From assembly GCA_050012675.1 (NCBI GenBank), contig JBEKGS010000004.1:481-64480 (forward strand): 64,000 nt of DNA, given 5' to 3'. The number at the start of each line of letters is the position of its first letter. The first letter of the stretch is position 1. The translations under genes and the position numbers were made by a program. This DNA is from Acidimicrobiales bacterium (GTDB taxonomy: Bacteria > Actinomycetota > Acidimicrobiia > Acidimicrobiales > Bog-793). The notes under the pieces were generated by a model. The model was not told where the DNA came from. It made no database searches and was given only the letters and a program-made list of their open reading frames with translations. This document shows, one piece after another, positions 1-8,366 of the stretch.

Positions 1-807
1 AAGAGCGATGCGCCCCACCCCAAAGCGCGCCTGGAGATCGGCCATCACCTCGGGCAAGGTCGCGCGATCGGCGGTGTTGCCGGAAAAGACATGGTGGGCG
101 ATCGGGATGCCGTCGGAGGTGACGAGGAGTCCGATCACGATCTGGGGCCGGTCTCCCCGGTGATCGCGGCTGTAGCCGAAGGCCTTGGCGGGGAAACGCT
201 CCGTGGTCTTCTCCTCACTTTCGAAGTAGGTAGAGGTGAGGTCGTAACAGACAAGGCGCAGGTCGAGGTTCGTAAGGTTGCACAGCTCGGTGAACAGGTG
301 CGCCTCGATGTCCTCCTTGGCATCGGCGACGGCGTCCAAAGCCCGATAAAGCCGGTCGAGCGACGGGGCCCTTCGAGCTTCCGGCAGGGCGGCGTCGGCC
401 CCGAGCCAGTCGGTGACACAGCGGCGCTTGGAAGATGGGTCCTGGAGCCGGTTGGCGACCATGGCGAACACGGCGTCGCAGAGACCAACCGAGCGCCGGC
501 GCCGGCCGATGACCTCGAAGAGCTCGTCCAACAACAACCGGGAAAAGTAGGCATCACAGGCGGCCATGGCGCCATAGGAGGGAGCGGATTCGGCGCTGAG
601 CTCGATGCTCGGTCCGCGTCCCAGTTGCACAGACAATGCCGCGACAATGCGCTCGAGCTCGCCCGAGCTCTTAAGATCCGAGACCTCGCCCAGCCGGGCG
701 ACGATCCGGTGCCGAGGCTGGCCCGACTCGTTTCGATAGGACTCGGCCAAGGTCAGATAACTGTAGACCTTCTTCCCGCTACGTACCCGGTCAATCTTCA
801 CGTACAC
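1..807 (-). CDS. IS1634/IS4-like DDE transposase, N-terminal 269 codons (3' part off-window)
   Basis: My own minus-strand translation from GTG (805-807) is open to position 1: 'VYVKIDRVRSGKKVYSYLTLAESYRNESGQPRHRIVARLGEV...LVCYDLTSTYFESEE...FGYSRDHRGDRPQIVIGLLVTSDGIPIAHHVFSGNTADRATLPEVM'. The 'YDxTSxYFE' and 'GxSxDxRxDxxQ...G.P......GNxxD' blocks are typical of IS1634/IS4 transposases. The listed + ORF 91..915 is its antisense shadow. Confidence 0.8.
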   Translation of the reverse strand, partial: MYVKIDRVRSGKKVYSYLTLAESYRNESGQPRHRIVARLGEVSDLKSSGELERIVAALSVQLGRGPSIELSAESAPSYGAMAACDAYFSRLLLDELFEVIGRRRRSVGLCDAVFAMVANRLQDPSSKRRCVTDWLGADAALPEARRAPSLDRLYRALDAVADAKEDIEAHLFTELCNLTNLDLRLVCYDLTSTYFESEEKTTERFPAKAFGYSRDHRGDRPQIVIGLLVTSDGIPIAHHVFSGNTADRATLPEVMADLQARFGVGRIAL

Positions 808-880
808 AAGAGAGAGATTAATGCCACAGGTCCGCTAGATCAAGCATCTATTTGTCGCTACATTTCACATCGCAAACCCG
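1..880 (-). mobile_element. One end of an IS1634-family (IS4 superfamily) insertion sequence; the element continues beyond the left window edge. The outer boundary (about 810-900) was not determined.
   Basis: Contains the 5' part of a DDE transposase gene (next feature). This is followed by a locally low-GC leader ('...GTAGCGACAAATAGATGCTTGATCTAGCGGACCTGTGGCATTAATCTCTCTCTT' on the minus strand). The terminal inverted repeat cannot be defined because the other end is off-window. Confidence 0.65.
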
Positions 881-903
881 ACTTTATCCACAGCTCGCCC
901 AGG

Positions 904-1155
904 TCAAAGGCGTGAGAGCCCAGAATCGTGGAGTTGAGCCGCCGAAGTCGGGTCAGTGAGATAGCCGTGTGCAATCGCCGCAGCAGGGCCATCGGTTCGC
1001 TTGAACTCGTCGAACGTGTGCAGCTGAACTGAGCAACCGAATACGTCACCGGAGAAGGTCAACGCCTCCCGAGCGGTGCCTGAAAAGTGGAGGTAAGGCG
1101 TGGGAGGTGTCGGCCTGTCATAATGCACCGCTCCTCGTCTCGTCGGGGCCGTCAT
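904..1155 (-). pseudogene. Possible 3'-truncated remnant of a PhnB/VOC (glyoxalase-fold) family gene abutting the IS end
   Basis: The 83-aa ORF contains '...TPYLHFSGTAREALTFSGDVFGCSVQLHTFDEF...', resembling the N-terminal 'PYLxFxGxAxEALxFYxxVFG' signature of PhnB-like VOC proteins. These are normally about 130-160 aa. The ORF stops about 25-90 bp from the presumed IS terminus. This is a weak, motif-only call. Confidence 0.3.
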
Positions 1156-1514
1156 CGTGTAGACGACGAGCTTGGCGGACTCTCATCGCACGTCGACGAT
1201 ACCGAACCGCGTCCCAGGTCGAGCGGCACCCGACGATGCCCCTTGTGTCACCGAACGCCTGATCGGGGGAAAGGCTGAGCGAAGAGGTCAACTAGTCGGA
1301 AGCTAGTGCTCATAAGGCGTGGACCTAAGTTTCGAGTCGGTGTGCGAGACCTCGAGGTGGCCCTGGGGTGGAACGGTGCTGTTCCGCTTCTAGGTCCGCC
1401 CGCAGGCGTCGCGAGTCCGGAACCGAGGGCGGCCTGAGCCTGCGGCCTGGCAAGGCCCGCGGAAGTGGCTTTCGACCCTATGCCAGGAAAACAGGACACC
1501 ATAGGCTCGACGGA

Positions 1515-2339
1515 GTGACGAGTGTTTGGCGGTATCGACGGCCACAGTCGCTCGAGCAAGCGCTCTCGTTTCTCGAGCGTCAGGGGGCAGTGATCATGGG
1601 TGGGGGCACCAGGCTAAATGCGGGCCTCGTGCAGATGTGTGCCAGAGCCGGGCAGTCGGAGGTCGGAGGTGTGGAGATCGTGGACTTGCAGGCCCTCGAT
1701 CTCGCCGGCATCGAGCGGCGCGACGACGCGGTGGTGCGGATCGGTGCCATGACGCGGTTGCAAGAGCTCGTCGATAGCCACGACGTGCCGTCCGTCGTAC
1801 GAGAAGCAGCACGCCATGAGCTGCCGAGCACCTTGCGCGCCCAGTCCACGATCGGCGGCTGCATTGCGAGCGGCGACCCCGACGGTGAGCTGCTGGCGAC
1901 CCTGCTCGTCCACGACGGGCAAGTTCACATCGCCCAGAGGTCGGGCAGCGTCGAGATCCCGCTAGACGAGCTGCTCGCTGAGCTGCCGCTCGCTTCGGGA
2001 AGGATCATCACGGCGGTCAGCATCGACGAGCGCGGCACGTCCTCGCTGATGGGCACCGGCAGGAGCGCTGCGGACAGGCCCATTGTCGCCGTCGTGGCGC
2101 GCCAGCTCGACGGGCGGCGCTGGGTGGCAATCACCGGCGTGGCAGCCACCCCGGTTCTCGTGAAGTCCACGGCCGTCGGCAGCAGCAGCCTTCTCCCATC
2201 TGGGGATGGCCCGGCGGCGAGCGATCCGCACGGGATTTCCCGACTCGAACCGATCGGCGATTTCCGCGGCTCGAGCGAGTACCGCCGAGCCCTGGCACGG
2301 ATCCTGGCCGCACGCGCCACGGAGGCGATTTCACGATGA
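1515..2339 (+). CDS. FAD-binding subunit of a xanthine-dehydrogenase-family molybdenum hydroxylase (CoxM/YgfM-like)
   Basis: Motifs: 'PQSLEQALSFLERQGAVIMGGGTRLNAG', 'STIGGCIASGDPDGELLATLLVHDG', and C-terminal 'GDFRGSSEYRRALARILAARA' (CO-dehydrogenase flavoprotein C-domain style). The start was moved to GTG 1515, preceded by GACGGAG; the track ORF starts at 1368. The stop overlaps the next start (ATGA at 2336-2339). Confidence 0.8.
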   Translation: MTSVWRYRRPQSLEQALSFLERQGAVIMGGGTRLNAGLVQMCARAGQSEVGGVEIVDLQALDLAGIERRDDAVVRIGAMTRLQELVDSHDVPSVVREAARHELPSTLRAQSTIGGCIASGDPDGELLATLLVHDGQVHIAQRSGSVEIPLDELLAELPLASGRIITAVSIDERGTSSLMGTGRSAADRPIVAVVARQLDGRRWVAITGVAATPVLVKSTAVGSSSLLPSGDGPAASDPHGISRLEPIGDFRGSSEYRRALARILAARATEAISR

Positions 2340-5300
2340 GCGAACTCACCGAGGACAAGTGCGCTCCGGACGGGGGGCCGACCCCTCCCCAGCAGCCCGT
2401 CATGCTCGAAGTGGACCTGACGATCAACGGTGACCGGTACCGCCTGACCTGCGAGCCCGGCGACACGTTGTTCACCGTCCTACGCCGCCTGGGGCTGTTC
2501 AGCGTCCGCTTCGGGTCGGGAACCGGCGAGTCCGGCGCCGCAGCCGTGCTGTTAGACGGCAGGCTCGTCTCCGCCGACGTCATGCTCGCTGGCCAGGCTA
2601 GCGGCCACAAGGTGACGACGGTCGAGTCTCTCGACGTCGCGACTGACGAGCTCGACCCTATCCAGCAGGCCTTCGTCGATATCGGGGCCCTGCAGTCCGG
2701 ATACTCGGCGGGCGCGATGGTGCTGGCTGCTAAGGCGCTGATCGATGCCAACCCCGACCCATCCGAGACAGAGATTCGCGACGCGTTGAGCGGGATACTC
2801 GACCGCGAGACGGGCTACGTGAAGGTCGTCGAGGCGATCCGGCGTGCCGCCGCGGTGTGTCGCGGTGAGAAGGTGCCGCCGGTCGAGCCGGTCGTGCTCG
2901 AGCCGCTCACCGGCCCAGGTTCGACGGAGCGACGTGTGCCCTCAGCGGAAGCCCTGCAGGCCCCGCTTGCCATGCCTCACGTCGTCCTGTCAAGCGACGT
3001 CGCCAGCACGGCTGTGGTCGGAAAGCCCGAGCCCAAGGTCGACGCCTTACGTCTCGCCAAGGGACGACCCGTCTTCACCGACGATATCGACCTGCGCCAC
3101 ATGCTGTATGCCAAGGTGCTGCGCAGCCCTCACGCACACGCTCGTATCCTGGCTATAGACGACAGCGAGGCAAGGGCGCTGGCCGGCGTGCACGCCGTGA
3201 TCCACTACGGCAACACGCCACGGGTGAAGTACGCCTCGGGCGGTCAGACCTGGCCGAATCCCCCGCCGTGGGACCAGGTCAGCTTCGACAACAAGGTCCG
3301 CTTCGTGGGCGACCGCGTGGCGGCCGTGGCGGCCGAGACGCCGGGGATCGCCGAAGAGGCCTGCCGGCGCATCAAGGTCACCTACGAGGTCCTCCCAGGT
3401 GTGTTCGACGAGGTCGAGGCGATCACGCCTGGTGCGCCGCTAGTCCACGACGAGACAGACACCGAGGGCATCTACGACGCCGCCCACAACAAGAGCCACC
3501 ACATCGAAGGTCAGACCGTGACCGACGAGGTGCTCGAGGCCGCGTTCGCCAGCGCCAAGCACGTCTTCCAGCAGACCTTCCATGTCCAGCAGCAGCAACA
3601 CGCCAACATCGAGCCTCACATCACCATCGGCTGGCTCGACGACGACGATCGCCTCGTGCTCCGTAGCTCGACGCAGGTTCCCTACCACGTCCGCCGCATG
3701 GTGGCGCCACTGCTCGGCCTTCCGGTCAAGCGCATCCGCGTGATCAAGCCCCGGATCGGGGGCGGCTTCGGGGGCAAGCAGGAGATGCTGATCGAGGACA
3801 TCGTGGGCTACCTCGTGCTCGCCACCCGTCGTCCGGTTCGCCTCGAGCTAACGCGGTCGGAGGAGTTTGCTTCCGCCAGGTGCCGGCATGCCATGACGCT
3901 GACCCTGCGCACGGGTGTCGACGACGACGGCCATCTGGTCGCCCAGGACATGTATGTCGTCTCGAACACCGGCGCCTACGGCACCCATGGTTTCACGGTC
4001 AGCACCGTTGGCGGCATGCACGGGATGTCGATATACAACTGCCCAGCCAAGCGCTTCCGATGCGACGTTGTTTACACGAACCGTCCCGTGTCGGGTGCCT
4101 TCCGCGGCTACGGGGCCCCTCAGAACTTCTTCGCGGTCGAGTCGCAGATGGACGATATCGCGCGCGCTCTTGGCATGGACCCCTACGAGCTGCGACGCAA
4201 GAACTGGGTGCGGGTCGGCGACCCCCTCGACATCGTCCCACGGCTCGGTGAGCGCGGCGATGTCGTCGAGATCCCACAAGAGGAGCTGCCGCACATCATG
4301 AGCTGCGGCCTCCAGGAGTGCGGAGCGCAAGGGACGCGCGCGATCGGCTGGGAACGTCGGAACGACCCGTCCTGGCGACAACCGGCGGACCGCCCGAACA
4401 TCAGGCGCGGCATCGGCATGGGTTCGGCCATCCAGGGCTCCGGGATTCCCTTCGTCGACATGGGGGCGTGCTCGCTCAAGATCAACGACGACGGCTCGTT
4501 CAACCTGCTCGTCGGGGCCACGGACGTGGGCGGGGGATCGGACACCGTGCTCGCCCAGATTGTCGCCGAGGTGCTCGGCGTCGAGCTCAACGACATCATC
4601 GTCTGCTCGTCTGACACCGACATCACTCCTTTCGACGTCGGCGCGTACGCCTCGAGCACGACCTACGTCTCGGGCGGAGCAGCTAAGAAGGCGGCCGAAG
4701 CCGCCCGGGCCCGCATCGTGACCCGCGCCGCGAGGCTGCTCGATCTCGACGATCCCGGTTCGGTCGAGCTGCACGACCGGCGGGCATGGGGTCCCGACGG
4801 GCGCTCGATCTCGCTCGGCGACCTCGCCCTCAACTCGCTGCACACCGAGGATCAGGAGCAGATAATGGGAACAGCGTCGCACTACGGGACGGTCGCGGCG
4901 CCTCCCTTCGCGGTCCAGCTTGCCGAGGTCGAAGTGGACGTCGAGACCGGTCAGGTGACCGTGAAGAAGCTAGTCACTGCCATCGACTGCGGGGTCCCGA
5001 TCAATCCGATCACTGCGAGCGGCCAGGTGGAGGGGGCGATGCTGCAGTCCCTCGGGTACGCGTTGACCGAGGATCTCGTTCTCGACCGTTCGGGCAAGCT
5101 GGTCAATGACCGCTTCGGACCGTACTGGATCTTCCGGGCGGACGACGCCCCAGTGTGCGAGGCGATCCTCGTGCAAACGATGGAGCCGTCGGGCCCGTTC
5201 GGGGCCAAGGCGGTCGGTGAGGTCCCCATGGACGGGATCGCACCGGCAGTGCGCAACGCCGTCCTCAACGCCACAGGAGTGAAGATCAACCAGCTCCCGT

Positions 5301-5353
5301 TGCTGCCCGAGCGAGTCTGGCGAGCCCTGAACAAGGTCCCGACCAGCGGTTGA
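2336..5353 (+). CDS. Fused small(2Fe-2S-like)/large(molybdopterin) subunit of a xanthine-dehydrogenase-family hydroxylase (XdhD-like architecture), 1005 aa; its FeS module lacks the cluster cysteines
   Basis: Large-subunit hallmarks: 'STQVPYHVRRMVAPLLGLPVKRIRVIKPRIGGGFGGKQE', 'GAFRGYGAPQNFFAVESQMD', and the C-terminal catalytic-Glu block 'GPFGAKAVGEVPMDGIAPAV'. The N-terminal ~175 aa align with Fer2/Fer2_2 modules. Translationally coupled to the FAD subunit. Confidence 0.9.
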   Translation: MSELTEDKCAPDGGPTPPQQPVMLEVDLTINGDRYRLTCEPGDTLFTVLRRLGLFSVRFGSGTGESGAAAVLLDGRLVSADVMLAGQASGHKVTTVESLDVATDELDPIQQAFVDIGALQSGYSAGAMVLAAKALIDANPDPSETEIRDALSGILDRETGYVKVVEAIRRAAAVCRGEKVPPVEPVVLEPLTGPGSTERRVPSAEALQAPLAMPHVVLSSDVASTAVVGKPEPKVDALRLAKGRPVFTDDIDLRHMLYAKVLRSPHAHARILAIDDSEARALAGVHAVIHYGNTPRVKYASGGQTWPNPPPWDQVSFDNKVRFVGDRVAAVAAETPGIAEEACRRIKVTYEVLPGVFDEVEAITPGAPLVHDETDTEGIYDAAHNKSHHIEGQTVTDEVLEAAFASAKHVFQQTFHVQQQQHANIEPHITIGWLDDDDRLVLRSSTQVPYHVRRMVAPLLGLPVKRIRVIKPRIGGGFGGKQEMLIEDIVGYLVLATRRPVRLELTRSEEFASARCRHAMTLTLRTGVDDDGHLVAQDMYVVSNTGAYGTHGFTVSTVGGMHGMSIYNCPAKRFRCDVVYTNRPVSGAFRGYGAPQNFFAVESQMDDIARALGMDPYELRRKNWVRVGDPLDIVPRLGERGDVVEIPQEELPHIMSCGLQECGAQGTRAIGWERRNDPSWRQPADRPNIRRGIGMGSAIQGSGIPFVDMGACSLKINDDGSFNLLVGATDVGGGSDTVLAQIVAEVLGVELNDIIVCSSDTDITPFDVGAYASSTTYVSGGAAKKAAEAARARIVTRAARLLDLDDPGSVELHDRRAWGPDGRSISLGDLALNSLHTEDQEQIMGTASHYGTVAAPPFAVQLAEVEVDVETGQVTVKKLVTAIDCGVPINPITASGQVEGAMLQSLGYALTEDLVLDRSGKLVNDRFGPYWIFRADDAPVCEAILVQTMEPSGPFGAKAVGEVPMDGIAPAVRNAVLNATGVKINQLPLLPERVWRALNKVPTSG
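2405..2860 (+). other. Degenerate 2Fe-2S module (both cluster-binding motifs present in outline, all eight Cys ligands substituted)
   Basis: 'FGSGTGESGAAAVLLDGRLVSADV' replaces the canonical 'GCxxGxCGxCxV...C'. 'QSGYSAGA' replaces 'QCGxCxPG'. 'GILDRETGY' replaces 'GNLCRCTGY'. The in-window paralogue at 43868.. has all eight: 'GCGEGACGSCTVLVDGLPVRAC', 'QCGYCTPG', 'GNLCRCGVY'. Confidence 0.75.
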
Positions 5354-5360
5354 CAAGACG

Positions 5361-5376
5361 GGCCCCGTACGGGGCC
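5361..5376 (+). terminator. GC-rich hairpin directly after the hydroxylase stop (terminator-like, no clear U-tract)
   Basis: 'GGCCCCGTACGGGGCC' forms a 6-bp G/C stem with a GTAC loop, 8 nt after the TGA at 5351-5353. It sits between convergent genes. Confidence 0.4.
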
Positions 5377-5626
5377 TGGTGCACTTAGGAAGTTCACCGA
5401 CTACCCATTGACAGGGGGCACCCTTTCCAGGGAGCGGCCTCGCTTTCATACGAACCCGTCGCCGTTGGTTGCTCAATGTGGCGCGGAAGAAGCGGCGCCC
5501 GTGCCAACCCGCTCCTTAGCGTGACCATCGGGCCGGGACGATCGACGACGGAAATGACGGCAAACCTAGGAGGGCTCCCAGCCGGCGAAGAGGGTTTTCT
5601 GCGCTTCGAGCCTTAGTCCATACCTG

Positions 5627-6460
5627 CTACCGCGCCAGCATGAGGATGGCTTCCAATACGCCGCCGCCGATTGCTCGGCTCTTGTCCGAGACGGTGAAGC
5701 AGTGCTCGCGACCGGCGCGTGGGTCCACGTCTCCTACCTTCATCCCGACATGGACCTGGAATTCAGGCCGGATCAGGCCCCGCAACACACCGTCGATCTC
5801 GGCTCGCAACAGGGTCTCGCCGCCGGCGTCCGCGACGCGCAGCACGGGCGTGCCGACCCGGACCAGGTCTCCGATGTCCGCAAGGTTCTCTGCCACACCC
5901 GCAACGGGCGAATGAAGGACCCTCTCGCTGCCTTTTCCCGCGATCTCGCCGGGAACGCCGGTGTTGGGTTCAGCGTGCCCCGTCAGGAAGATTCTGCCCA
6001 GATCATGGCCGCGATTCGTCTCTACTACGGCGTGGGCGTCCACGCCGGCCTCGAATCCCGGCCCGAGAGCCACGACGACCTGGGCCATGTCGATGTTGGT
6101 GCCGAGGTTGCGCTTGGCGATTATCGCGTCAACTAGGGCCAATGGCCTGAGGGCCCCCAGCGCCGAGCATCCCGGGTCTGCCAGCAGAGGCACAGGGCCC
6201 TCCGGTCCCCAGCGCTCCAAGAGTCCCCGCAGTTCGGCGAGCGTTCCCACGCGCATGGAACGCACTCCTTCCACCTGCGCCTCGCCTTCGTACATGGCCT
6301 CGGACAGGCACACGGTGCGCCGGATCGAGCTTGGCCTCGGTTGCTCAAGTGCGGCCACCCGAAACCCGGATCGTACGAGCCGGAGAATTGTGCCGGTAGC
6401 CAGATCCCCGGCCCCCCTCACGACAACCAGCTCTCCATTCACCAAGCCCATACTTTTCAT
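5627..6460 (-). CDS. Selenium-dependent molybdenum hydroxylase system protein, YqeB family (stand-alone C-terminal-type)
   Basis: 'GELVVVRGAGDLATGTILRLVRSGFRVAALEQPRPSSIRRTVCLSEAMYEGEAQVEGV' matches my memory of the EF2563/YqeB-family core ('GAGDLATG...IRRTV.FSEA.Y.G...VEG'). Genomic context: XdhC, YqeC and SelD. Confidence 0.75.
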   Translation of the reverse strand: MKSMGLVNGELVVVRGAGDLATGTILRLVRSGFRVAALEQPRPSSIRRTVCLSEAMYEGEAQVEGVRSMRVGTLAELRGLLERWGPEGPVPLLADPGCSALGALRPLALVDAIIAKRNLGTNIDMAQVVVALGPGFEAGVDAHAVVETNRGHDLGRIFLTGHAEPNTGVPGEIAGKGSERVLHSPVAGVAENLADIGDLVRVGTPVLRVADAGGETLLRAEIDGVLRGLIRPEFQVHVGMKVGDVDPRAGREHCFTVSDKSRAIGGGVLEAILMLAR

Positions 6461-6538
6461 TGTGCCCGGTACGGAAGGTCATCGAGCGCAAGATCCTGTT
6501 CGCTGGGCCGGCCCGAAGGGCGGGGGCTCGCCCGATCC

Positions 6539-7603
6539 TCAGATCACGGCGGCGGCCCGCCGAGCGGCGTGGGCCTGCTTCAAGGTGGCCACGGTCTTGG
6601 AGTTGTGCCGCACCGCGACGATCTCTGCCAAGATCGATACAGCCAGCTCTGGCGGAGTCTCGGCGTCAATATTCATGCCGACCGGGGTGAACAAGGCGTC
6701 TATCCGGGCCGGGTCGAATCCCTCCTGATGCAGTTGTTCGACCATCATCCGCGTCTTCCGGGCACTGCCCATCACTCCGACGTAACGGGACTTCCGCGGC
6801 AGCACAGCCCGGACGCAGGTCAGATCCAAGCCGTGGTTTCTCGTGACGATCACGATGTAGGTCGAAGTGTCTAGGGGCAGCTGCGCGATCACCTGGGTGA
6901 ACTCGCCGTGCATCCTGTCGACCTCAGGGGGGAAACGATCCGGACCGAGGAGTTCGGCCCGGTCGTCCACCACCGTGATCTGGAAGCCGAGCGGCGCTGC
7001 CGCGAAGGCCAGGGCCTGTCCCACGTGACCGGCGCCCAAGATCACTAGTTTCTCCTCGGGCACCAAGGGGTCGTAGAAGACGCCGGCATCGCGATCGAAC
7101 CTGGGTTCGCCGGTGAGGAAGGCACGGGCCGCCACGTCGGCTTTCCAGTCCCGGAAATCACCAGCGATCTGCCTGCCTCCTTCGTCCACCAGGGCGGTGA
7201 CGACTTCTAGGGACTCCTGTCCATCAAGGATCTTCTTGATCGAGAGAACCCGCTCTCCGCGCGCCAGCCGCTCCTGGATCTGGCGGTAGGTGCCGGGCTC
7301 AGTCACGCGCTCGATGAGGACCGTGCTCGTTCCGCCGCATACCCCGCCGGGGTCGAGGATGGTCGCGCCCCGGCTCTCGATGTGCAGCAGGGTCGGCTGG
7401 CCACTCGCGAAGCACTCCCAGCAAGCCGCCAGCGCCCGGGCTTCCGGATGTCCGCCTCCGATGCTGCCGGTCGAGCCGCCATCGGGAGTCACCAGCATCT
7501 TGGAGCCTGCATGGCGTGGGGCCGAGCCTCTGACGTCAAGGATGGTCGCCAGGACGAGGGGCGCCTGGGCTGTGGCGACAGCCTGGAGTAGATCCCCTCT
7601 CAC
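6539..7603 (-). CDS. xdhC: XdhC/CoxI-family molybdenum-cofactor insertion/sulfuration chaperone
   Basis: N-terminal XdhC_CoxI block 'LATILDVRGSAPRHAGSKMLVTPDGGSTGSIGGG'; Rossmann block 'LVILGAGHVGQALAFAA'; C-terminal 'GVMGSARKTRMMVEQL...GMNIDAETPPELAVSILAEIVAV'. GTG start with AGGAGA 5 nt upstream. Confidence 0.85.
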   Translation of the reverse strand: MRGDLLQAVATAQAPLVLATILDVRGSAPRHAGSKMLVTPDGGSTGSIGGGHPEARALAACWECFASGQPTLLHIESRGATILDPGGVCGGTSTVLIERVTEPGTYRQIQERLARGERVLSIKKILDGQESLEVVTALVDEGGRQIAGDFRDWKADVAARAFLTGEPRFDRDAGVFYDPLVPEEKLVILGAGHVGQALAFAAAPLGFQITVVDDRAELLGPDRFPPEVDRMHGEFTQVIAQLPLDTSTYIVIVTRNHGLDLTCVRAVLPRKSRYVGVMGSARKTRMMVEQLHQEGFDPARIDALFTPVGMNIDAETPPELAVSILAEIVAVRHNSKTVATLKQAHAARRAAAVI

Positions 7604-8366
7604 CGTGTCTCCTGGCGCTCGTCGAGCACCGCTGCGGCGGCGTCCTTCCGGAACGACCTCGGGTAGCGGCTACGCCGGCGCGGCTGGTCGGGGCAGGCGT
7701 CGTTGCCTGGTGCCATGACACTTTGCTGTTCGGAGTGTGCGGCATGAAACGAACGCATGAGAACACGATCAAGGCCCCTGCAGCCCGACCGGTGAGAAGC
7801 GTCACTACTGGGAATCATCAGGCCTCAGGTCGATCGGCTGCGTAAGAAGGCTTTAGCCTCATGGGGAAACGCTCGAGGGCGTAGCTTAGGGCGACAAGAC
7901 CGTTGAACAAAGGCGCTTCCGCACAGCTCAGGATAGACATAACGTGCGAGGTCGGGCGATGACGGATCAGAGAGGCGGCGTGAGTGAGTGCAGCCACCGC
8001 GCCGGAAGGCGCTTTGCCGCAGCGGCGTCGTCCCTCCTCTGCCGCCGGCCCGCCACCGGTGGAGAACTGCCAAGCGCCCTCGTAGCGTGAGGCCGGAGGT
8101 GGCGACTCGTCGGAGGTCGATCGCGGCGACGCGAGGCGAAAGTCCGAGCGCGCGCCGCTTCGCCTCGGAAAAGACCCCGGCGGGTCTTGCGGCGTCCGTT
8201 AGCCATAAGTATCGGGCGAAGGGACGGAGCGTCGCCTCTGGTAGCTTGGCAGGGCAAGCGGCGTGTGGAACCCGAGCTCGCCAACCGGCGAGCCGGGCCG
8301 GGGGGCTGCGAACCGGTCGAGGTGCTAGATGTCAGGTCCGCGGTCGTGAACCGCCCGGAGAGCCAC

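Noticed and set aside
91-915. 274-aa + strand ORF at the left edge
   Set aside because: It is the antisense shadow of the minus-strand IS1634-type transposase. Its translation is low-complexity and Gly/Val/Arg-rich with no recognisable motif, while the opposite strand gives textbook transposase blocks.
8041-8065. 'CGGCCCGCCACCGGTGG', resembling the cobalamin-riboswitch B12 box ('CCCGCCACUG')
   Set aside because: No upstream 'GGUG..GAAUCC'-type conserved core is present, nor the 3' 'AGCCxGGAGACCxGCC' element. The string is better described as a CCACCGGTGG palindrome. It needs an Infernal scan and is not claimed.
8132-8167. 'GAGGCGAAAGTCCGAGCGC', reminiscent of the universally conserved RNase P RNA 'GAGGAAAGUCCGG' box
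   Set aside because: The motif is simply the 5' arm and loop of a local hairpin (CGAGGCGAA/TTCGCCTCG). The matching P4 3' strand and other RNase P landmarks are absent.
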